Source of the DNA: Ruminococcus albus 7 = DSM 20455
Lineage (GTDB): Bacteria; Bacillota; Clostridia; Oscillospirales; Ruminococcaceae
Reading direction: 5' to 3'
Length of the DNA stretch: 32,000 nucleotides
Assembly: GCF_000179635.2 (NCBI RefSeq)
Contig: NC_014833.1
Location: 1,050,001 to 1,082,000, forward strand
Shown here in pieces: positions 8,187 to 16,403 of the stretch (its first letter is position 1; every line of letters starts with the position of its first letter). Under the pieces are notes generated by a model. That model was not told where the DNA came from, did not search any database, and saw only the letters and a list, made by a program, of their open reading frames with translations. Position numbers and translations under genes: made by a program.

Positions 8187-8939
8187 ATGAGATACTTCAA
8201 AATGACGCTGGCTTATGACGGCAGCAATTATCACGGCTGGCAAAGACAGTCAAATGCACTGGCTGTGCAGGAGGTAGTGGAAGATGCTATCTTTAAGCTG
8301 ACAGGCGAAAATGTGGTGGTGCAGGGCTGTTCGCGTACCGATGCGGGAGTCCATGCAAGGGAATATGTCCTTTCTTTTGGACTTGAACTGCCCATAAACT
8401 GCCGTGGCATACAGCTGGGGCTGAATTCATGGCTGCCCGATGATATAAGCGTCATAGGGTGCGAGGAAGCCGATGAGGGCTTTCACGCGAGATATATGTG
8501 CAAGGGCAAGGAGTATGAGTATATCGTACACAACAGCAGGATAAAAGACCCTTTCATGCGAAATACTGCTTTCAGGAACACTTATCCCATAGATGAGGTG
8601 CTTCTGGACAGGGCGGCAAAGTATTTTGTCGGTGAGCATGATTTCAAGGCATTCTGTTCAACTGCCTGCGACAAAGAGATAACGGTAAGGAAGATATATC
8701 GCTTCGATGTCAGACGTGAGGGCGACAAGGTGATCTTCACGGTGGCAGGAAACGGATTTTTATACAATATGGTCAGGATAATGGTGGGGACCCTGCTTTT
8801 CATAAACGAGGGCAAGATAGCCGCTGATGCTATACCCCGTATACTGGATTCAAAGGACAGGAAGAAAGCAGGCAAGACAGTACCGCCACAGGGATTATAC
8901 CTGAACAAAGTTTATTATGATGAGGTATCGGTAGATTGA
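8187..8939 (+). CDS. truA: tRNA pseudouridine(38-40) synthase
   Basis: N-terminal LAYDGSNYHGWQRQ and the catalytic-Asp motif GCSRTDAGVHA are TruA hallmarks. Length is 250 aa. It holds the conserved position downstream of ecfT. Confidence 0.92.
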   Translation: MRYFKMTLAYDGSNYHGWQRQSNALAVQEVVEDAIFKLTGENVVVQGCSRTDAGVHAREYVLSFGLELPINCRGIQLGLNSWLPDDISVIGCEEADEGFHARYMCKGKEYEYIVHNSRIKDPFMRNTAFRNTYPIDEVLLDRAAKYFVGEHDFKAFCSTACDKEITVRKIYRFDVRREGDKVIFTVAGNGFLYNMVRIMVGTLLFINEGKIAADAIPRILDSKDRKKAGKTVPPQGLYLNKVYYDEVSVD

Positions 8940-10489
8940 GCAATAAGAATAAGAACAGAAAAGGCAGAAAAAGGGATAGCCGCCCCGATGACATCATCAG
9001 GGAGTTGGATGAAGTGACCGAGGTCACCGAGGATACGGAGGAGCCTGAGGCAAAAGCCGAGGACACCGATGATGGTGCTGAGGAGAAGGCAGCGGTCAGG
9101 AAAGAGAAAAAAGTTCCCGAAAAAGAGGCTTTGAAAGATAAGCCCAACAAGAAAAAACACAGGCAGGCTCCGCCGGCGAAGAAAAATCCTCCGCCGACTA
9201 AGAAAAAAACTCCCCCGCGGGATGAAGCCGAGCTGGCGAGAAAGAGCATAAAGCATACCCGTACAGGCGGCATACCCGATGAGGAGCCGCGCAGACGACG
9301 CAGACGCACTGCACCCTCTGCCGAAGAGATACGTACAGCAAGACACAAGGAAAAGAGGAAACGTCAGATAAGGACAGTTGCAGCTGTGCTGATAGTAGCA
9401 GTGTTCGCATCGGGCGCATACCTCACAAGGGCTAAGTGGGTGCCTAAGCTGGAGAGCGTTCTTTACAGACCAAAGGAAACGATAGTGAACGATGGTGAGG
9501 TAAAGAAGGGCAACTTCCCCCTGAGCTTTGATGATGGCTCGGTAAACAGCATAAATTATACGGGCAGCTATCTTCTGTGTCTTGACAAGAACCAGCTGAG
9601 GTTCTATAATGAGGACGGTGTTGAGGACAGCGCCTTCAACCATAATTATGCGGACCCTGTTATGAGAACATCGGACAAGAGAGTGCTGCTGTATGACAAG
9701 GGCGGAAGCTCACTGATGGTAGTCGGCAGGAAAAACGAGCTGTTCACCAAATCAGTTAAAAACAGGCTGATAATGGCAGAACTGGCACCTAACGATAATG
9801 TGGCTGTAGTCACATCGGACGAGAAATATTCGGGTATACTGACGATATACGACGGCAACGGCAGGGAGATATACAAATGGTCAAGCAGTGCGGCAGTACT
9901 CAGCGTCACATTTGATGACAGCGGCGACGGCTGCTTTGTGACGACCTATTCTACCAAGAACGGTATGCTGGGTTCGGTGGTAAGGTATCTGACATTTGAC
10001 TCGGAGAAACCTGAAATGGTCAGCGATACACTTCCCGTACTGGCACTTCAGGCGATGAAGAATGACAACGGTGATATCTGGGTAGCAGGTGATACGGCAT
10101 TTTACAGGCTGAACGCCAACGGTAGGATCGTTACCGAATACAGATATGAAGGTAAGATCGCGGACTTTGCCCTTAGCAGGAGCTGTGCGGCGGTAGTGAT
10201 CGGCGGAATGCAGCGGAGGTCATCGGAGCTGCTGATATTTGACAGCAGCACAGAGAATGACGAGCCTGACAAGAGGGTCAGGGATACTGATGGAGAGTCT
10301 GAAAGGCTGAAGATAAGCGACAGCAAGATAGTAGTGCTCAAAAATCACTGTATAGACTGCTATGACAAGTTCGGCAACCTTGCAGCCACAGCTGAGTGCA
10401 GCTCGGATTACAGCGACTTTGTATATTTCGATGATAATGTATACTTCTGCGATTACCGTGAAGTAAACAAGATATCCTTTACCACATAG
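8936..10489 (+). CDS. Single-pass membrane protein: charged low-complexity N-terminus, one TM, large repeat/beta-rich C-terminal domain
   Basis: TTG start overlaps the truA stop (ATTGA); there is no in-frame ATG until far downstream. The N-terminal 140 or so aa are K/R/E/P-rich (KKNPPPTKKKTPP, RRRRRR). TM is TVAAVLIVAVFASGAYL. After it come recurring short hydrophobic strands with D/G turns. Family not identified with certainty. Confidence 0.65.
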   Translation: MSNKNKNRKGRKRDSRPDDIIRELDEVTEVTEDTEEPEAKAEDTDDGAEEKAAVRKEKKVPEKEALKDKPNKKKHRQAPPAKKNPPPTKKKTPPRDEAELARKSIKHTRTGGIPDEEPRRRRRRTAPSAEEIRTARHKEKRKRQIRTVAAVLIVAVFASGAYLTRAKWVPKLESVLYRPKETIVNDGEVKKGNFPLSFDDGSVNSINYTGSYLLCLDKNQLRFYNEDGVEDSAFNHNYADPVMRTSDKRVLLYDKGGSSLMVVGRKNELFTKSVKNRLIMAELAPNDNVAVVTSDEKYSGILTIYDGNGREIYKWSSSAAVLSVTFDDSGDGCFVTTYSTKNGMLGSVVRYLTFDSEKPEMVSDTLPVLALQAMKNDNGDIWVAGDTAFYRLNANGRIVTEYRYEGKIADFALSRSCAAVVIGGMQRRSSELLIFDSSTENDEPDKRVRDTDGESERLKISDSKIVVLKNHCIDCYDKFGNLAATAECSSDYSDFVYFDDNVYFCDYREVNKISFTT

Positions 10490-10499
10490 GAGGAGGCTT

Positions 10500-11378
10500 A
10501 TGGCTTTATTACTTGATATAGCTGTGATGCTGATAATGGTGGTGACCTGCATAGCAGGTTATATCAAAGGATTCCGCAGATATATAGTTGGTATGATCGC
10601 TGCTGTCATAGCAACAGTGGGTGCCTCGGTCTTTTCGGAGGCGCTGGCTGAACCCGTATATGACAGGTATATGCATGACAGGGTCAAGACCCATGTTATG
10701 AGGGCGATAGAGGATGCAGATCCCAAGCAGGTCGTTATGGATAAGCTGGCAGAACGCGGGTACGGGCAGTACTTCACGGAGGATGAGATAGGAGAAGCCG
10801 TCCAAAAGGGCGGCGATATCACGGATAATGTCAGCGGACTTATGAAAAGCAAGGGTCTTGGAGATGAGGCTGTAGGTGATGTTGACCGTGAGATCGACAG
10901 TTATTTTGACAACGAGCTTCCCGAGGAGATCGGCAGGCAGCTGGATAAGGCTGGATATTCCGGGTATTTCGACAGGATAAAGATATCATCTGAGGATATG
11001 CACGAATGTGTGAAGCGTGCAGCAACTCAGAGCAGGGAAGATGCTGCGGACTTCATAGTTGAGAAGGCAGTATCACCCTTATTTATCGGCATGATAAGGT
11101 GTCTGCTGTTTGTTATAACATATCTGGTGCTCATACTTCTTATAAAGCTGATAACAGCCATAGCAGGTGCCCTTGACGGAGAGGGCGAGGAAAAGGCGGC
11201 TGACCGTTTTGCAGGACTTCTGCTTGGCGCTGTTAAGGGACTTATGTACTGTGCGGTCATCGCATGGGCGCTGAGCAAGCTTTGCAGGGCTACCAGGGAC
11301 AGCCTTAGTGTATTCAATTCGGGAATGCTTGAACAGAGTTACCTGTTCATATATTTCTTTGACTTTTTCTACGGCTGA
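10500..11378 (+). CDS. CvpA-family (colicin V production-like) membrane protein with a large soluble insert
   Basis: GGAGGAGG RBS. The N-terminus LLLDIAVMLIMVVTCIAGYIKGFRRYIVGMIAAVIATVGASVF matches the CvpA pattern. Further TM segments lie at the C-terminus, with an acidic soluble region between them. Confidence 0.65.
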   Translation: MALLLDIAVMLIMVVTCIAGYIKGFRRYIVGMIAAVIATVGASVFSEALAEPVYDRYMHDRVKTHVMRAIEDADPKQVVMDKLAERGYGQYFTEDEIGEAVQKGGDITDNVSGLMKSKGLGDEAVGDVDREIDSYFDNELPEEIGRQLDKAGYSGYFDRIKISSEDMHECVKRAATQSREDAADFIVEKAVSPLFIGMIRCLLFVITYLVLILLIKLITAIAGALDGEGEEKAADRFAGLLLGAVKGLMYCAVIAWALSKLCRATRDSLSVFNSGMLEQSYLFIYFFDFFYG

Positions 11379-11446
11379 CGTAAAGTCGGTGTTATATAAA
11401 TGATATTTACGGCTCTGCATTAAGGCGGAGCGGAAAGGAGAACGAT

Positions 11447-13798
11447 ATGATAAAGTGTTCAAGGTGCGGTAAAAGACCTGCGGTGGTATTCGTATCATCC
11501 GCAAACCCCAATGACCCCACAAAGGCTATGAAAAATGAGGGGCTTTGTCTTAGCTGTGCGAGAGAACTGAAGATCCCGCAGGTAGAGGACTACATCAAGA
11601 AGATGGGTATCTCGGATGAGGAAATCGAGGCAATGAACAACACATTTGATGAACTGGACGACGGCACGGATTTTGAGCCGGGCGGAAGCGGCACTATGCC
11701 CGATATACTGTCGAACCTGTTCGGCGGTATAAAGAATATGGCTGACAGCCTTGAGAAGAACCTGACAAACGGTGAAGGCTTCGGCAGCATGATGTCCGAA
11801 GCACCCAAGAAAAAATCTCCCGAGCAGGCAGAGAAAGAGCCGAGAGGCAAGAACGGCAAAAAGCTGAAATTCTTAAACAACTACTGTACTAACCTGACCA
11901 AGAAAGCCCGTGACGGTGAGCTTGACAATATCATCGGCAGGGACAGGGAGATATCGAGAGTTGAGCATATCCTTTCAAGAAGGCAGAAGAACAATCCCTG
12001 CCTGATAGGTGAACCCGGTGTCGGAAAGACTGCCATCGCTGAGGGTATCGCTCAGAAGATAGTTGCAGGTGACGTACCTTTTCATCTGCTGGATAAGGAG
12101 ATATACCTGCTTGACCTGACATCACTTGTAGCAGGCACACAGTTCCGCGGACAGTTCGAGAGCCGCTGCAAGGGTCTTGTGGAGGAAGTAAAGGCAGAGG
12201 GCAACATCATACTATTTATCGACGAAGTGCATACCCTTGTAGGCACAGGCGATTCCGAGGGCAGCATGAATGCGGCTAATATACTCAAACCCAGCCTTTC
12301 AAGAGGTGAGATACAGGTCATCGGTGCAACTACTTTTTCGGAGTACCGCAAGTACATCGAAAAGGATTCCGCACTTGAAAGACGTTTCCAGCCTGTTACA
12401 GTAGGGGAGCCTACAGTTGAGGATACCATATCGGTGCTGGAGGGCATAAGCAAGTATTACGAGGAGTATCACAGGGTACACGTTTCAAAGGAGACCCTGA
12501 GAAAGTGCGCAATACTTTCCGAGAGATATATCAACGACAGATTCCTCCCCGACAAGGCTATCGACCTGCTGGACGAAGCCTGCGCCTGCACAAGCATACG
12601 CACTCCCGAGATAGCTGACTATATAAATGCCAAGGACGAGCTGAAAAAGCACACTGACCTTATAGATACCTACGAGCAGAAAGACGAGCCCGATTTTGAG
12701 ATAATCGCAAGGGAGAAGAGCGAGATAAGCCGTCTGCAAAAGCAGATAGAAGACCTTGAGCAGAAGCTTTCCGAGGTATATGTTACCGACGAGGATATCT
12801 CCAAAGTCATCGAACTGTGGACTGGTATACCCGCCAACAAGATAGCCGAGAGCGAATTCGAGAAGATACGCAATCTCAAAGACGAGATGTCCAAGAGGGT
12901 CATCGGTCAGGACGAAGCTGTTGACAAGGTGGCTAAGGCTATCAAGAGGACAAGAGTACAGCTGGATAAGCGCCGCAGACCTGCATCTTTCATCTTCGTA
13001 GGTCCCACAGGCGTAGGAAAGACCGAGCTTGTAAAGGTGCTGGGCGAATCCCTCTTTGATGCTACAGAGCCCCTTATCAGGATAGATATGTCGGAGTATA
13101 TGGAGAAGTACAGCGTATCCAAGCTCATCGGCTCACCTCCCGGATATGTGGGCTACGATGAGGCAGGTCAGCTGACTGAAAAGGTAAGGCGCAGACCTTA
13201 CAGCGTGGTGCTTTTCGATGAGATAGAAAAGGCTCACCCCGATGTTATGAATATACTCCTCCAGATACTTGACGAGGGCAAGATAAACGATTCACAGGGC
13301 AGGAGCGTTTCCTTTGAGAATACTGTCATCGTTATGACCTCCAACGCAGGTGCCGCTGATAAGGACACTGGTGTGGGTTTCAACAAGACCGACACGGAGA
13401 TAGCCGAAAACAAGGCTATGAAGGCACTGAGAGAGTTCCTGAAACCCGAGTTTCTCGGCCGTGTGGACGAGATAGTTATGTTCAACGCCCTGACTAAGGA
13501 GAACTACGAGAAGATAGCTGCGCTGATGCTGGACGAGATGAAGCAGCCGCTTTCGGAAAAGGCTATAAAGCTGGAGTATACCGATGCTGCGCTTAAACTT
13601 ATCGCAGAAAAGAGCCATGGCAGAAAGCTTGGTGCGAGAGATATCCGCCGCGTGATAAGGGCAGAAGTCGAGGACAAGATAGCAGAAGTCATCGTTGAAA
13701 ACGGTGAGGGCTGTATAGGTCTTGTTAAGGTAGACGCAGACGGCGACAAGCTTATCGTTAATACCGATAAGGACAGCAGCGTGAAGCTTGCCAAGTAA
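11447..13798 (+). CDS. Clp/Hsp100 double-AAA+ chaperone ATPase, ClpE-like (N-terminal zinc ribbon)
   Basis: N-terminal CSRCGKRP...CLSCAREL. Two Walker A motifs (GEPGVGKTAIAEG; GPTGVGKTELVK) and Walker B motifs (ILFIDEVH; VVLFDEIEKAH). Clp signature LERRFQPV. A VGF tripeptide (GVGFNK) sits at the position of the ClpP-docking loop. No Clp-N repeat domain is visible. Confidence 0.88.
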   Translation: MIKCSRCGKRPAVVFVSSANPNDPTKAMKNEGLCLSCARELKIPQVEDYIKKMGISDEEIEAMNNTFDELDDGTDFEPGGSGTMPDILSNLFGGIKNMADSLEKNLTNGEGFGSMMSEAPKKKSPEQAEKEPRGKNGKKLKFLNNYCTNLTKKARDGELDNIIGRDREISRVEHILSRRQKNNPCLIGEPGVGKTAIAEGIAQKIVAGDVPFHLLDKEIYLLDLTSLVAGTQFRGQFESRCKGLVEEVKAEGNIILFIDEVHTLVGTGDSEGSMNAANILKPSLSRGEIQVIGATTFSEYRKYIEKDSALERRFQPVTVGEPTVEDTISVLEGISKYYEEYHRVHVSKETLRKCAILSERYINDRFLPDKAIDLLDEACACTSIRTPEIADYINAKDELKKHTDLIDTYEQKDEPDFEIIAREKSEISRLQKQIEDLEQKLSEVYVTDEDISKVIELWTGIPANKIAESEFEKIRNLKDEMSKRVIGQDEAVDKVAKAIKRTRVQLDKRRRPASFIFVGPTGVGKTELVKVLGESLFDATEPLIRIDMSEYMEKYSVSKLIGSPPGYVGYDEAGQLTEKVRRRPYSVVLFDEIEKAHPDVMNILLQILDEGKINDSQGRSVSFENTVIVMTSNAGAADKDTGVGFNKTDTEIAENKAMKALREFLKPEFLGRVDEIVMFNALTKENYEKIAALMLDEMKQPLSEKAIKLEYTDAALKLIAEKSHGRKLGARDIRRVIRAEVEDKIAEVIVENGEGCIGLVKVDADGDKLIVNTDKDSSVKLAK

Positions 13799-13814
13799 AA
13801 TGTAAACCGAACTG

Positions 13815-13850
13815 CCTCCGCGGGAGAATATCCTGCGGAGGTTTTTTATT
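13815..13850 (+). terminator. Rho-independent terminator ending the ecf-truA-clp block
   Basis: CCTCCGC (13815-13821) pairs with GCGGAGG (13835-13841) and is followed by TTTTTTATTT. Confidence 0.85.
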
Positions 13851-14004
13851 TGTTTAAGGTAAATTTTAGCCGGAGGTGTTATTATGTATACAGGCTTAAA
13901 AAAGAACACAAGAGCTAATGATAAGTATTCTCCTCTCCTGTAAAATAGTTTTACCGCAAAATAGTCCGCGAATCAGATTTCGTGGGCTGTTTTGTTTATG
14001 GGGA

Positions 14005-14213
14005 TATATACAGTTGAGCAGCTGTGTATATACAGTCAGAGGTCTTGCAGTACAGTTGTGTGATGGAAATAGTGCATAATGCTGAGAAATACATTGAATA
14101 TCTTGCACTGACTTGTGTCATCCTACAAAGAAAATGCTGATGTGTTGACAAATCTGTGCAAACTGTGTATACTGTATACATACAGTTCAAACTTAGTGAA
14201 CAGTGAATACAGT
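14005..14213. promoter_or_regulatory. Array of ATACAGT heptamers and palindromes (candidate operator array)
   Basis: ATACAGT occurs at 14007, 14029, 14180 and 14207, and GTACAGT at 14050. The inverted copy ACTGTAT is at 14171. TATATACAGT occurs twice, at 14005 and 14027. There are two near-palindromes: TATATACAG-N8-CTGTGTATA (14005-14030) and AACTGTGTATACTGTATACATACAGTT (14161-14187). Confidence 0.5.
14145..14173 (+). promoter_or_regulatory. Sigma-70-type promoter for the GntR/ABC-2 module
   Basis: TTGACA (14145-14150), a 17-nt spacer, then TATACT (14168-14173). The -10 box and start region lie inside the 14161-14187 palindrome. Confidence 0.6.
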
Positions 14214-14434
14214 TTTACACGAAAAAAACTGGTTATCCCGCTGACACACCCAATTAATTTGTGTAATATCAGAACTTGAAATACTTGGCGGTTATCCCGA
14301 TGATTCATAGTTATATAACACTTTGTGGTGTGATAAAGATAATGCCATGAAAATATATAGACCCATGTGTAAAACTGTGAACGAAAGACAGGACACAGCA
14401 AAACAGAATGAAAAACATGAAAGGAGCGGCAGTT

Positions 14435-14621
14435 ATGACAAAGATAAGAAAGATATTCGAGAGCAGCCCGAAAAACAGAGAAGCAAGAGGGCGCAGGATT
14501 TGTAGCACTGGGGCTTATGTGGATGCTGATGGACGGCATGATGCCCATTGGGATCGTATTTATGGCGATAGGCATCGGTGATATGGCAAGGGGCAGGAAA
14601 GAGAAAAAGAACAGAGGATAG
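14435..14621 (+). pseudogene. Possible frameshifted small membrane-protein gene (or a 34-aa ORF from ATG 14517)
   Basis: AAAGGAG precedes ATG 14435, giving MTKIRKIFESSPKNRE... in frame 2 with a stop at 14579-14581. The frame-0 continuation reads ...EKQEGAGFVALGLMWMLMDGMMPIGIVFMAIGIGDMARGRKEKKNRG* and ends at 14621. It resembles the neighbouring 59-aa membrane ORF. An A5 run at 14471-14475 lies at the frame junction. Confidence 0.3.
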
Positions 14622-14669
14622 TCTGCGGTAAATAACAGAAAGACAGGACATAAAAACGGAGGCAGCAAA

Positions 14670-14849
14670 ATGAAAAGTACAGATAAGATACTGGATTCCA
14701 TATGGAGCGTAATTCTTGTAGATGTTATGATTGCTTTGGCGCTGTTTTCGCAGGGTCGTACGGCAGGCGGAGTGATATTCACGGTGGGTGCGGCTATGAT
14801 AGCGCTTATAGCGGCGGTGCTCGGCAGAAAAAGACAGAAAAACTGCTGA
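14670..14849 (+). CDS. Small two-span membrane protein (59 aa), below the ORF-track cut-off
   Basis: GGAGG lies 8 nt upstream of ATG 14670. Product: MKSTDKILDSIWSVILVDVMIALALFSQGRTAGGVIFTVGAAMIALIAAVLGRKRQKNC*. It has two hydrophobic segments and a basic tail. Confidence 0.5.
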   Translation: MKSTDKILDSIWSVILVDVMIALALFSQGRTAGGVIFTVGAAMIALIAAVLGRKRQKNC

Positions 14850-14905
14850 GCACAAAGATATACCAAACGAAAGATAGGAAACAGCAAAACGGAAAAGAGG
14901 ACAAC

Positions 14906-15145
14906 ATGGATATAGAGATAGATGCGCAGAGCCGTCTGACGATAACAGAACAGATAGTCGGGCAGATAGAAAGGCTTATTACTGAGGGGAAGCTTAAAGA
15001 GGGCGATGTGCTCCCCGCAGTAAAGGATATGGCTGACAGATTACAGATAAGCCGTATGACTACTGCAAAAGCATATGCTCTGCTTTGTGAGAAAGGTCTT
15101 GCAGAACAGAGCGACGGACGATTTATGATAAGGGTAAAAAAGTGA
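14906..15145 (+). CDS. Short GntR-family winged-HTH protein (79 aa, DNA-binding domain only)
   Basis: The internal ATG at 14906 gives MDIEIDAQSRLTITEQIVGQIERLITEGKLKEGDVLPAVKDMADRLQISRMTTAKAYALLCEKGLAE..., the GntR HTH pattern (LPsvr.lA..l.vSr.Tv.kAy..L...G). The longer track ORF from 14702 overlaps the 59-aa ORF. Confidence 0.75.
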   Translation: MDIEIDAQSRLTITEQIVGQIERLITEGKLKEGDVLPAVKDMADRLQISRMTTAKAYALLCEKGLAEQSDGRFMIRVKK

Positions 15146-15179
15146 TGCGGATATACCCGCGTATGACAGGGGTGAACTG

Positions 15180-15554
15180 ATGAACATATTTATTGATAAC
15201 AAAAGCGGTGCGCCGATCTATGACCAGATATTCAATCAGATAAAAAGTCAGATAATCAGCGGGGCGCTGAAAGAGGACGAGGCTTTGCCCTCGATACGAA
15301 ATCTTGCGAAGGACTTGAAGATAAGTGTGGTAACGACAAAACGCGCTTACGACGAGCTGGAGCGAGAGGGATTTATTTACACGATAGCCGCCAAGGGCTG
15401 TTTCGTTGCGCCAAAAAATGTTGAACTTATAAGAGAAGCCAATCTCAGAAAAATAGAAGAACTGATGGCTGAGATAGGAAAGCTCGGGGCAAGCTGCGGG
15501 CTTTCAAAGAAAGAACTTATTGAGATGTTTGAGTACATCACTGAGGAGGAGTAA
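15180..15554 (+). CDS. GntR-family transcriptional regulator, YtrA subfamily (124 aa)
   Basis: PIYDQIFNQIKSQIISGALKEDEALPSIRNLAKDLKISVVTTKRAYDELEREGFIYTIAAKGCFVA is a canonical GntR wHTH. The short helical C-terminus is typical of YtrA-type regulators, which sit upstream of ABC transporter genes. Confidence 0.9.
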   Translation: MNIFIDNKSGAPIYDQIFNQIKSQIISGALKEDEALPSIRNLAKDLKISVVTTKRAYDELEREGFIYTIAAKGCFVAPKNVELIREANLRKIEELMAEIGKLGASCGLSKKELIEMFEYITEEE

Positions 15555-15557
15555 CAA

Positions 15558-16403
15558 ATGGAGAATGCTATAGAGATCAGGGGTCTTGTTAAGGAATACA
15601 AGGATTTTAAGCTGGATAATGTTGACCTTACCCTCCACGGGGGATGCATACTGGGTCTGATAGGTGAGAACGGTGCAGGCAAATCCACGCTGATAAAATG
15701 TCTGCTGGGTATAATACACAAAAACGAGGGAAGTATCACTATACTCGGAAGAGATGCCGACAAGGAACTGGCAGATATCAAGGAAGATGTGGGCGTAGTT
15801 CTTGATGATGTGGGCATACCCGATACTTTCAAGTACAAGCAGATAAATTCGGTGATGAAATGTACTTACAGAAACTGGGACGAAGCTGTGTTCGAGGGAT
15901 ATATGGAAAAGTTCGGACTGCCAAAGAACAAGAAGTTCAAGGATTTCTCCCGCGGCATGAAGATGAAGATGGGCATAGCCATAGCACTTTCACACAATGC
16001 AAAACTGCTGGTGCTGGACGAAGCTACAAACGGTCTTGACCCTGTTATAAGGGACGAGGTAACGGATATCTTCTACGAGTTCACGAGAGATGAAGATCAT
16101 TCGATACTCATATCCTCGCACATCGTAAGCGACCTTGAGAAGCTTTGTGATTACATATCCTTCATACACAAGGGCAGGGTACTGCTTAACGAGGAAAAGG
16201 ACATACTCCTTGAGGAGTATGGTATACTCAGCTGTACCGAGGAAGCCCTGAAAGAACTTGACCCCCATGCGATAAGGGGCAAGAAATCGGGAAAATACGG
16301 TGTTCAGGCACTGGTAAAGCGTGACGGAGTTCCTGCGGGAATGGATATCAGCCCTGTGACTATCGAAGAACTGTTCGTGTTCATGATCAAGGAGATAGCC
16401 TGA
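15558..16403 (+). CDS. ABC transporter ATP-binding protein
   Basis: Walker A GENGAGKST, signature FSRGMKMKMG (degenerate LSGG), Walker B LLVLDEATNGLD, H-loop SSH. The start lies 3 nt after the GntR stop. Confidence 0.9.
   Translation: MENAIEIRGLVKEYKDFKLDNVDLTLHGGCILGLIGENGAGKSTLIKCLLGIIHKNEGSITILGRDADKELADIKEDVGVVLDDVGIPDTFKYKQINSVMKCTYRNWDEAVFEGYMEKFGLPKNKKFKDFSRGMKMKMGIAIALSHNAKLLVLDEATNGLDPVIRDEVTDIFYEFTRDEDHSILISSHIVSDLEKLCDYISFIHKGRVLLNEEKDILLEEYGILSCTEEALKELDPHAIRGKKSGKYGVQALVKRDGVPAGMDISPVTIEELFVFMIKEIA

Noticed and set aside
8830-9643. Long - strand ORFs 8830..9348 (172 aa) and 8915..9643 (242 aa)
   Set aside because: They are antisense to the purine-rich K/E/P-coding tract of the 8936..10489 gene. 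Their composition is typical of shadow ORFs.
13884-13943. 19-codon ORF (MYTGLKKNTRANDKYSPLL*) preceded by GGAGG
   Set aside because: The Shine-Dalgarno sequence is good, but the ORF is too short and featureless to support as a gene without expression or conservation data.
14231-14299. Direct repeat GGTTATCCCG at 14231-14240 and 14290-14299 in the leader of the GntR/ABC-2 operon
   Set aside because: It is a single 10-nt duplicate pair with no obvious structure or partner motif. It could be a chance match or a minor binding site, and it is not strong enough for a finding.
14123-14887. - strand 254-aa ORF, plus 14433..14855 (-), 14311..14508 (-) and 14323..14505 (+)
   Set aside because: Their products are low-complexity and Cys/Phe/Ser-rich with no RBS. 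They run antisense through the operator/promoter field and the RBS-led + strand micro-ORFs. They are best explained as by-products of purine-rich + strand sequence.
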